This document shows positions 26,077 through 34,022 of a DNA stretch of 64,000 bases, piece by piece; positions within the stretch are counted from its first letter, which is position 1, and every line of letters begins with the position of its first letter. The notes beneath the pieces were generated by a model, which had not been told where the DNA came from, made no database searches, and worked only from the letters and a program-made list of their open reading frames with translations. The DNA is from Cytophagales bacterium (GTDB taxonomy: Bacteria; Bacteroidota; Bacteroidia; Cytophagales; VRUD01). A program made the position numbers and the translations under genes. The stretch covers positions 20,118 through 84,117 of the forward strand of contig VRUD01000002.1 in NCBI GenBank assembly GCA_019456305.1. The letters are read 5' to 3'.

Positions 26077-29000
26077 ATGAAAAACAAAACATCCATACAC
26101 CCTCCAATCTTTGGCGAATTGCACCTGGCACTATGTGCTATACGCTTTGCGTTTTGCGTTCAACTCTTCTTCAAATTAATCCTGGTATTGCTGCTTAGCA
26201 CAGCCTTGTCTATTGCCTACTGTCAACTGTCAACTTCTTCATGGCAAGCCCTCTACGATAGCTCAGATGTATATTATTACAAAGGTGATTATCTAAAAGC
26301 TGCAGAGTTTCTGCAGCTTGCATTGCCTTTGGCTGAAAGTGAATTTGGTAAAGATTCAGCATACGCATTGACTGTTAATGACCTGGCTTTATGTTATCAT
26401 GAATTGGGAAAATATTCTGTAGCCAACACTTTATACCTGCAAGCTTTAGACATCTACAAAATCCAATTAGGTGAAAACCATCCTTCTTATGCCGCTACAA
26501 TAGTCAATATTGGTATGGTTTATAAAGATATGGGTCAATACATCAAAGCTGAAAAATTATACTTACAATCAAAAAAAATATATAAAACCACGCTGGGTGA
26601 AAATCATCCTGAATATGCCCTGGTACTCAATAACCTGGCAACACTTTATTCTTATATGGGTAAATATATAGATGTAGAAACACTACTTTTAGAATCCCTG
26701 AAAATAAAGAAAAAACACTTAGGTGAAAGCCATCCTGATTATGCAAGTTCCATCAACAACCTGGCACTTCTATACAATACGATTGGTCATTACAGCAAAG
26801 CTGAAGAATTATATTTACAATCATTAAAAATAATTAAAAATCTATTAGGAGACAACCATCCTAAGATTATAAGACCCCTTTACAACCTGGCAATTCTTTA
26901 TACTAATATGGGCCGGTATAGCAAAGCTAAAAACTTGTTTTTAAAAGCATTGAATATAGTCAAAACCCATTTAGGGATTTACCATCCTGATTATGCAGGT
27001 ATACTCCTGTCTCAAGCAGATAGTTATAAAAAAATGGGTCGCTACAGTGAAGCAGAAAAATTATATTTAGAAGCCATGGAAATATTTAAAACCCGGTTAG
27101 AAGAAAACACTCCGGTTTATGCTATTTGTCTTAACAGCCTGTCAGGGTTATATCATACCCTTGGCAGGTATAAAGAAGCAGAACAATTAGATCTGAAAGC
27201 TTTAAAAATATTTAAAACCCGGTTAGGAGAAAACCATCCTAATTATGCAAGTTCTCTCTTGTCTCTGGCAAATGGTTATAAAACAACAGGCCGCTATAGT
27301 AAAGCAGAAAAATTATATTTAGAAGCAAATAATATTGTTAAAAACCATTTTGGAACAAACCATCCTGATTATGCAGTTTCCCTCAGTAATCTTGTAAGTG
27401 TATATGAGAAAATGGGAGAATATAGAAAAGCTGAAATGTACTATCAACCTTTAATGTATAAATATCTTTACCATATCCATGTTTATTTCCCCTCTATGAA
27501 TGAAAAAGAAAAAGGAGCATTTTATGAAACGATCAAGGGTGAGTTTGAGAAGTTTTATGGATTTGCATTTTCAACCTCCAAATTCCGTACAGCTGAAAAA
27601 GAAAGGGAATTACTTGCAAATGTGTACAATTATCGCCTTTCAACCAAGGCCCTTTTATTTAACGCAACAAATAAAGTACGTCAGCGGATCTTGGGCAGCA
27701 ATGATAGTACGCTTATCCAAAAATACAGACAATGGCGTTCTGACAAAGATTATCTCGGTAAGCTTTATACGCTAAGCATAGCTGAAGTAAAAAAACAAAG
27801 TGTAAGTATAGATTCTTTAGAAGCGCAAGCCAATTTGCTGGAAAAGGAATTGTCTAAAAATTCTCAATTATTTGCAAAGGAATTTGATAAAAAAATTTAC
27901 GACTGGAAGGACGTACAGGCACAATTGAAAGAAGATGAGGCGGCTGTGGAGGTAATACGATTCAGAAAATATGGTACTATTGTAGAAAAAATTTCTTTTA
28001 GAGACACTATTTACCATGTCCAAAAAGATGGCTTTACAGAAAAAGTTTATTATGCAGTCCTGATCTTAACAACTAACGAACTAAAGTTCGTAGTACTGGA
28101 AAATGGCAAAGAATTAGAAAAAAAATACCTCAATAATTATAAAAATTCTATTAAGTTTAAGGCATCAGATAAAGACAGCTATGAGCAATACTGGTCAAAA
28201 ATTGCTGAAGCACTGAAAGGCATAAATAAAGTCTGGTTTTCACCCGATGGGGTTTACAACCAGATCAACCTGGCTACGCTGCAAAATCCCGAATCAGGTA
28301 AATTTCTTATAGAGGAAATGGATGTGCAGTTGGTTACCAACACAAAAGACCTGGTAGATGATAAAAACTTCCGAGGTTTTCAAAACCTCGGAGGTTTAGT
28401 CCCTGAAAAAACTGCCTCGCTTTACGGCTACATCAACTACCAAAACACAGGCATGCAAATACTACCCGGAACTAAAAAAGAAGTATCCATGATTGACTCA
28501 TTGTTAAAATTAAATAAGCGGAAAAGTAAAATCTACCAATGGAATGCAGCTACTGAAGATGCCATTAAATCCGAACAAAGCCCTACCATCTTACACATCG
28601 CTACACACGGTTACTTTCTTTCAGATAATGAGATCTCGGGAAGAAATATTTTTGGGATTGATTCGATCTACTATGTGATGAATCCGTTGTTGAAGTCAGG
28701 GTTGATTTTTAGCAGCTCCTCTCTGACTTCCCCGAGTACTCAGGGGAGAACCGGCAAACCCCTATCCCCTACAGGAGGGAAAGGGGATGGCAAAGTCTCC
28801 CCACGTAGGGATTTAGGGGGTGGCGGCAAAATGGCTGGAGTTCTTACCGCCTACGAGGCAATGAACCTCAACCTCGACAATACAGAATTGGTAGTATTGA
28901 GCGCATGTGAAACAGGCCTCGGTGAAGTACAACATGGTGAAGGCGTTTACGGCTTACAGCGCGCCTTGCAGACAGCAGGTGCAAGATCGGTGATCATGTC

Positions 29001-29193
29001 TCTGTGGAAAGTGAACGACCAAACCACGCAGGAACTAATGATTTCGTTTTATTCCAAATGGCTGCAGGTCGAAGATCCAGACGCAGTCGGGGGAGGAGAT
29101 AAGCATAAAGCATTTAAACAAGCGCAATTAGAACTTAAAGAAAAGTATAAACATCCTTATTATTGGGGGGCGTTTGTGATGGTTGGGAACTAA
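26077..29193 (+). CDS. TPR (KLC-type, about 10 units) plus CHAT-domain protein
   Basis: 1038 aa. Repeats 'LNNLATLYSYMGKY..AE.LYL.SLKI.K..LGENHPDYA'. CHAT dyad 'ILHIATHGYF' and 'LVVLSACETGLG', then 'YYWGAFVMVGN'. A repeat-encoded insert sits between the His and Cys. Confidence 0.9.
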   Translation: MKNKTSIHPPIFGELHLALCAIRFAFCVQLFFKLILVLLLSTALSIAYCQLSTSSWQALYDSSDVYYYKGDYLKAAEFLQLALPLAESEFGKDSAYALTVNDLALCYHELGKYSVANTLYLQALDIYKIQLGENHPSYAATIVNIGMVYKDMGQYIKAEKLYLQSKKIYKTTLGENHPEYALVLNNLATLYSYMGKYIDVETLLLESLKIKKKHLGESHPDYASSINNLALLYNTIGHYSKAEELYLQSLKIIKNLLGDNHPKIIRPLYNLAILYTNMGRYSKAKNLFLKALNIVKTHLGIYHPDYAGILLSQADSYKKMGRYSEAEKLYLEAMEIFKTRLEENTPVYAICLNSLSGLYHTLGRYKEAEQLDLKALKIFKTRLGENHPNYASSLLSLANGYKTTGRYSKAEKLYLEANNIVKNHFGTNHPDYAVSLSNLVSVYEKMGEYRKAEMYYQPLMYKYLYHIHVYFPSMNEKEKGAFYETIKGEFEKFYGFAFSTSKFRTAEKERELLANVYNYRLSTKALLFNATNKVRQRILGSNDSTLIQKYRQWRSDKDYLGKLYTLSIAEVKKQSVSIDSLEAQANLLEKELSKNSQLFAKEFDKKIYDWKDVQAQLKEDEAAVEVIRFRKYGTIVEKISFRDTIYHVQKDGFTEKVYYAVLILTTNELKFVVLENGKELEKKYLNNYKNSIKFKASDKDSYEQYWSKIAEALKGINKVWFSPDGVYNQINLATLQNPESGKFLIEEMDVQLVTNTKDLVDDKNFRGFQNLGGLVPEKTASLYGYINYQNTGMQILPGTKKEVSMIDSLLKLNKRKSKIYQWNAATEDAIKSEQSPTILHIATHGYFLSDNEISGRNIFGIDSIYYVMNPLLKSGLIFSSSSLTSPSTQGRTGKPLSPTGGKGDGKVSPRRDLGGGGKMAGVLTAYEAMNLNLDNTELVVLSACETGLGEVQHGEGVYGLQRALQTAGARSVIMSLWKVNDQTTQELMISFYSKWLQVEDPDAVGGGDKHKAFKQAQLELKEKYKHPYYWGAFVMVGN

Positions 29194-29196
29194 GTT

Positions 29197-29285
29197 GTCT
29201 GGCGACTTCAGTATTTTAATTTTAATTAAAATAAGAACTATTTATCTTTAGAAAGGTCTTAAAAAACAACCCAAAGTCGCCAGAC
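29197..29285. repeat. Hairpin element after the CHAT gene stop
   Basis: gtctggcgactt (29197..29208) is the exact complement of aagtcgccagac (29274..29285). It is followed by GCAGC/GCTGC-rich arms up to 29410. Confidence 0.75.
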
Positions 29286-29412
29286 GACTTCTTCAATCAG
29301 AGTTGCCTGATGACTTCAGACAACTCAACGACTCAATACAAACAAGCAGCAGTAGGCAGCGGCAGTTGGCAGTCCTGCCTCCTGCTGCTGCCGCTGCCAA
29401 CTCTAAAATACT

Positions 29413-30552
29413 ATGGCTTCGAAGTACAAAGTAATAGGTGTAATGTCCGGCACCTCCCTTGATGGCGTTGATATAGCATTTTGCCATTTTGAAAATAAAG
29501 ATAATCGCTGGAATTTCAAAATTATTAAAGCACAAACAGTTTATTATAACACACAATGGAAACAACGGCTCGAAAATCTCAGTAAGCTGGATGCTTTGAC
29601 TTTTGTAAAAACTGACATTGACTACGGGATATATTTAGGTGATATCATCAAAAAATTTATTGAAGTAGAAAAAATAAAACCTGAATTCATTGCTTCCCAC
29701 GGGCATACTATTTTTCATCGCTCAAACCAGTCAACAGCCGGCAGTCGGCTGTTGGTAGTCAGTAATAATTTGATCAGCGCACAAATTGGTAATGGGGCAT
29801 ATATTGCAGCTACTTGCACGTTACCGGTAATTTGTGATTTTCGCTCCATGGATATTGCTTTGGGAGGCCAGGGGGCGCCACTGGTAGCAATTGGAGATAA
29901 ATTACTTTTTTCGGAATATGAATTATGTTTAAACCTGGGAGGTATTGCTAATATATCATTTAGGGGGGCTTCCTTTGATATCTGCCCCATGAATATAGTG
30001 CTCAATTATTTTGCAAACCAGTTGGATGTGCCCTTTGATAAAGATGGAAAAATAGCAATGTCGGGTAAATACAATGCTGAATTATTTAAAAAACTTAATC
30101 AATTAAAATATTACAAGTCAAAATATCCTAAATCTATTGGAAAAGAATGGATAGACGGGAACATACTACCGATATTGGAAAGTTCCGGGATCAGTATTAA
30201 AGACAAGCTAAATACTTTTTGCCATCATATCGCATACCAAATCACATCAGTAATAAAATCTAAAAACAATCATAATAAACAATGCCGGCTCTTAATAACC
30301 GGTGGCGGTACCTATAATGATTTTCTCATGTCTTGTTTAGAAACAAATTTACAGGGCAATATCCAACATCCAGCCTCCAACATCCAGCTCATTATTCCAG
30401 ACAAGCAATTAATAGAATACAAAGAAGCGCTTATATTTGCATTTTTGGGTGTATTAAGGATGAGGAATGAAGAGAATTGCTTAAAGTCAGTTACCGGAGC
30501 AAAGCGTAATAGTGTAGGTGGCGCTATTTATCAAGCAGAAAAAAGGTTTTAA
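29413..30552 (+). CDS. anmK: Anhydro-N-acetylmuramic acid kinase
   Basis: 'VIGVMSGTSLDGVD', 'SHGHTIFH', 'DFRSMDIALGGQGAPLV'. Carries an extra segment 'RSNQSTAGSRLLVVSNN' encoded by a palindrome. Confidence 0.9.
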   Translation: MASKYKVIGVMSGTSLDGVDIAFCHFENKDNRWNFKIIKAQTVYYNTQWKQRLENLSKLDALTFVKTDIDYGIYLGDIIKKFIEVEKIKPEFIASHGHTIFHRSNQSTAGSRLLVVSNNLISAQIGNGAYIAATCTLPVICDFRSMDIALGGQGAPLVAIGDKLLFSEYELCLNLGGIANISFRGASFDICPMNIVLNYFANQLDVPFDKDGKIAMSGKYNAELFKKLNQLKYYKSKYPKSIGKEWIDGNILPILESSGISIKDKLNTFCHHIAYQITSVIKSKNNHNKQCRLLITGGGTYNDFLMSCLETNLQGNIQHPASNIQLIIPDKQLIEYKEALIFAFLGVLRMRNEENCLKSVTGAKRNSVGGAIYQAEKRF

Positions 30553-30612
30553 ATAAAGAAAGACTAACAAGGTCAATTGTCAACTTTTTTTGTAGTTTTA
30601 CGCCTTCTAAAA

Positions 30613-30661
30613 TCGTCATTCGTCATTCGTCATTCGTCATTCGTAATTTGTAATTTGTAAT
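30613..30661. repeat. Tandem heptamers (tcgtcat x4, tcgtaat, ttgtaat x2) ending 5 nt before the permease ATG
   Basis: Read directly: tcgtcattcgtcattcgtcattcgtcattcgtaatttgtaatttgtaat. Confidence 0.9.
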
Positions 30662-30666
30662 TCAAC

Positions 30667-32016
30667 ATGCTTCCCTCTGCCTGGTCTGTCATCCCATTTA
30701 TTTTGCTTCTCTCTTTGATTGCCATGGGCCCATTATTTTTTGAGCATTTCTGGCATAAAAAGTATCCGTTAATCTCAGTGTGTTTAGCAGCATTGGTTGT
30801 GATCTATTACATTTTCATGCTGGACAATTCACATAGCCCTATGCATGCTGCGATTGAGTATATGCAGTTTATCTCATTGCTCGCATCTTTGTTTATCGCA
30901 TCAGGCGGCATTCTGATCAAGATAGACAGGGATGGAACTCCAATGGCAAACACCATCTTGCTAATCATAGGATCTGTTGCTGCAAACCTTATTGGGACTA
31001 CCGGAGCCTCTATGCTTCTTATAAGGCCATTTATACGTTTAAACAAAAACCGGATTAAGGCATATCACATTGTTTTTTTCATATTCATGGTGAGCAATGT
31101 AGGTGGTTCGTTAACCCCCATAGGCGACCCACCGCTTTTCTTAGGCTTCCTAAAGGGAATACCATTCTTCTGGACATTATTTCATAATGTGATACCGTGG
31201 GCTTTTGCGGTTTGTATTCTTGCGTTGGTATTTTATTTCTTTGATAAGAGAAATAATAGCAGACATGTTAGCAGTACGGATGACATGTCTGGGCAGATAG
31301 AAAACCATACCGGTAAAGTTACAATTAAAGGAAGCAAAAACTTTTTTTGGCTTGGGGTGATCATCTGTGCCGTTTTTATTGATCCCAATGTATTTGACTG
31401 GGTGCCTTACATATTATATGAGGAACAAAAGATATCTTTTTTAAGAGAGCTCATCATGCTTTCCACGGCTGTTTTGTCGTACAGGTTTGCAAACAAAGAA
31501 GCATTAACAGGCAATGAGTTCGAATTTGAACCAATCAGGGAAGTGGCATTTTTGTTTATAGGTATTTTTGGAACCATGATACCTGCCCTTGATCTTGTTG
31601 CTCAATATGCCAACTCTGAGGCGGGTATGGCAATGATCAATCAAAACAGCTTATACTGGGGAACAGGCGCGTTATCTGCTGTGCTTGATAATGCCCCTAC
31701 TTATCTTAATTTCTTAGCTGCCGGCATCGCATCAAAGGGAGGAACCATCCAAAACATGGCTGAGATAAGAATATATGCTGCAGGTGGCTATGCAAATTCG
31801 ATCATTGAACTGACTGCCATATCAATTGCTGCAGTGTTTTTTGGGGCTATGACCTATATAGGTAATGGGCCAAATTTTATGGTAAAATCCATTGCTGAAC
31901 AAATTGGAATAAAAATGCCCTCTTTCCTTGGTTACATTATTATGTACTCATTACCAATATTATTGCCTATTCTCTTTTTGGTTTGGTTGATATTCTTTTA
32001 TTTTCAGTTGATTTGA
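30667..32016 (+). CDS. Ion-transporter-superfamily permease (ArsB/NhaD/CitMHS-like; putative Na+/H+ antiporter)
   Basis: 449 aa, about 11-12 TM. 'GGSLTPIGDPPLFLGF', 'LDNAPTYLNF'. Confidence 0.6.
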   Translation: MLPSAWSVIPFILLLSLIAMGPLFFEHFWHKKYPLISVCLAALVVIYYIFMLDNSHSPMHAAIEYMQFISLLASLFIASGGILIKIDRDGTPMANTILLIIGSVAANLIGTTGASMLLIRPFIRLNKNRIKAYHIVFFIFMVSNVGGSLTPIGDPPLFLGFLKGIPFFWTLFHNVIPWAFAVCILALVFYFFDKRNNSRHVSSTDDMSGQIENHTGKVTIKGSKNFFWLGVIICAVFIDPNVFDWVPYILYEEQKISFLRELIMLSTAVLSYRFANKEALTGNEFEFEPIREVAFLFIGIFGTMIPALDLVAQYANSEAGMAMINQNSLYWGTGALSAVLDNAPTYLNFLAAGIASKGGTIQNMAEIRIYAAGGYANSIIELTAISIAAVFFGAMTYIGNGPNFMVKSIAEQIGIKMPSFLGYIIMYSLPILLPILFLVWLIFFYFQLI

Positions 32017-32241
32017 ATTTTCTGCCACAAAGAAATTTTTAGTTTTTCTTTATGGCTTTGTGGCAATTTTTTTTATCATTAGGATTTTTTAAAGAGTTCT
32101 AAAAAAACCATATATTTGGGCTTTTATAAATAAAATAGGCTTTAGTTTAATATAGCGTGTTAAACTGTATCTTAGCTCTGTAAATGTACACGAAATTGAT
32201 AAAATCTGCAGTCTGCAGTCGGCAAAAAGGCAAAATTGATA

Positions 32242-32362
32242 AAGTCGGCAGTTGGCAGTCGGCAATCTACAGTCCCCAGTCGGCAAAAAACAATTGCCGA
32301 CTGCTCCCGAGTACTCGGGATGGACTGCCGACTGCCGGCTGGAGACTGTCGACTGCCGACTT
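32242..32362. repeat. Long hairpin built from GCCGACT/GCCAACT heptamer arrays with a central CCCGAGTACTCGGG
   Basis: aagtcggcagttggcagtcggcaatctacagtccccagtcggcaa ... ttgccgactg ctCCCGAGTACTCGGGat ggactgccgactgccggctggagactgtcgactgccgactt. Confidence 0.8.
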
Positions 32363-32441
32363 AAAGGTATTCAATGTGATTTTGAAAAATTATGCATTTT
32401 GCAACGTTAGTTTAAACTAAAGCCATAAAATATTAGCAGCT

Positions 32442-33626
32442 ATGAAAACCTATAACATCATCTCAACTATAGTCGGAATATTATTTCTTTTTGTTTTCAC
32501 ATTATCGAATGGAATTCTTGCACAAGAAAATAAATGGATCATTTATGATACAATTAATTCAGAACTTCCTGCAAACTGGATCAATTCAATAGCAGTCGGC
32601 AATGACGGGAATGTATGGATAGGCGCTGGCAGCTATAGTGGCGGTGGTGTAGCAAAACTTGTCCTGCCAGTCTCGAGCTCCGAGGGGAACGGTAGCGAGG
32701 AGAATGTAGAGACGTTGCGTAGAGACGCCCAATTTGGACGTCTCTACGCAACGTCTCTACATTCTCCCAAATGGACTGTCTTTTATGCCTCAAATTCGGG
32801 ATTACCGGAAAATTACATAAGGTCGGTTGCGCTAGATAAAAAAGGAAATCTGTGGGCTGGTACAGAATATAGCGGCATTGCCATGTTTGATGGCAGTAAC
32901 TGGACGGTTTACAATACTTCTAATTCTGGCCTGCCTGTAAATTACGTCAAATCAATATGTGTTGATGAAAAAGGAAATACATGGATTGGAACTTTTGGCG
33001 GGGGTATAGTAAAACTAACTTTCAGTGGAAGCGAAGGTTTGCCAAAATGGACAATTTATAACACTTCAAATTCAGGTATTGCCGGTGATATCATTGGAGC
33101 AATAAATATTGATCAGAAAGGAATAGTTTGGGTTGGTACTTATGAAGGTGGACTGTCAGGATTTGACCCTGAAAAATCTAAGCAACCGTGGGTGGTACTT
33201 AATACTTCAAATTCAAAGCTGCCCAATAACCGTATTAAATCAATTGCTTTTGACAAAAAGGGAAATACCTGGCTTGGAACCAATGGAGGCCTGGTAACAT
33301 TTGCTCCCGGTGAGTCAAAAAGCTGGAAGGTCTATGATCAAAGTAATTCTGACCTCCCTGATAATAAGGTTTGGGCCGTTGCTATTGACCAGGATGATAA
33401 TATTTGGATAGGAACAGATAAGGGTGGTATTGCAAAACTTGTCCCGGGCGTTAGCGAGGGATCCCCCGGGGAAAAAGCTGAAATTTCGAACGAAGCAACA
33501 TGGTCAATTTATAACAAAAAATCAAAAACAGGCCTAACTGTTAATACGATCGTATCAATTGCCATTGACTCCCGGGGATACAAATGGGTTGGGACCTATG
33601 GCGGGGGGATAGCGGTGTTTAAATAG
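32442..33626 (+). CDS. Secreted Reg_prop (two-component-regulator propeller) repeat protein without Y_Y_Y/TM
   Basis: 394 aa with a signal peptide. Repeated 'YNTSNSGLP.N.V.SI..D.KGN.W.GT..GG' blades. Contains a 63-nt perfect hairpin in-frame. Confidence 0.85.
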   Translation: MKTYNIISTIVGILFLFVFTLSNGILAQENKWIIYDTINSELPANWINSIAVGNDGNVWIGAGSYSGGGVAKLVLPVSSSEGNGSEENVETLRRDAQFGRLYATSLHSPKWTVFYASNSGLPENYIRSVALDKKGNLWAGTEYSGIAMFDGSNWTVYNTSNSGLPVNYVKSICVDEKGNTWIGTFGGGIVKLTFSGSEGLPKWTIYNTSNSGIAGDIIGAINIDQKGIVWVGTYEGGLSGFDPEKSKQPWVVLNTSNSKLPNNRIKSIAFDKKGNTWLGTNGGLVTFAPGESKSWKVYDQSNSDLPDNKVWAVAIDQDDNIWIGTDKGGIAKLVPGVSEGSPGEKAEISNEATWSIYNKKSKTGLTVNTIVSIAIDSRGYKWVGTYGGGIAVFK

Positions 33627-33735
33627 TTATTGGATGTCGGACCCGCCTGCCATAGGCCTTTGGCGGGCAGGTGTTGGATGTTGGAAGATTTTAAAGAATA
33701 TATGTAAAAAAAAATGTGGAAATAAAATATAAATT

Positions 33736-33990
33736 ATGGAATTAAAACTAAATATCATTTACCAACAAGTCTTTAATCTTTTAAAACAATTGCCTGTTGC
33801 AGAATGGGAAAAATTGAGAGGTGAAATAGACAAAGAATTGAGTAAAAAAGGAGAGAAAAAGGGGTTAGAAAAAGATAATTTATTAATAAGGGCAAAAAAT
33901 GTATCGGCAAAAGTAAAAAAAAATGAACTGACAATGAATGATATAGTTAAAGAAGTAAAAAAAGTTAGGATAGAAAGGTATGAAAAATAA
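33736..33990 (+). CDS. Hypothetical Lys-rich small protein (antitoxin-like tail)
   Basis: 84 aa. 'LTMNDIVKEVKKVRIERYEK' resembles C-termini of small Bacteroidota antitoxin-type proteins. No adjacent toxin. Confidence 0.4.
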   Translation: MELKLNIIYQQVFNLLKQLPVAEWEKLRGEIDKELSKKGEKKGLEKDNLLIRAKNVSAKVKKNELTMNDIVKEVKKVRIERYEK

Positions 33991-34022
33991 ATCAACAAAT
34001 CACTAAATCAACAACTAAGAAC

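Noticed and set aside
30613-30661. Possible CRISPR array (also considered for the GCCGACT arrays at 25886..25942 and 32242..32362, and for 59144..59178)
   Set aside because: The units are 7 nt, contiguous and without spacers, or they form hairpins. No 25-40-nt repeat/spacer periodicity and no cas genes occur in the window.
32581-32793. 70-aa minus-strand ORF '..ENVETLRRDVQIGRLYATSLHSP..'
   Set aside because: It is the mirror image of the plus-strand Reg_prop CDS across the 63-nt perfect palindrome. The similar peptide is an artefact of palindromic symmetry, and the ORF is embedded antisense in a well-supported gene.
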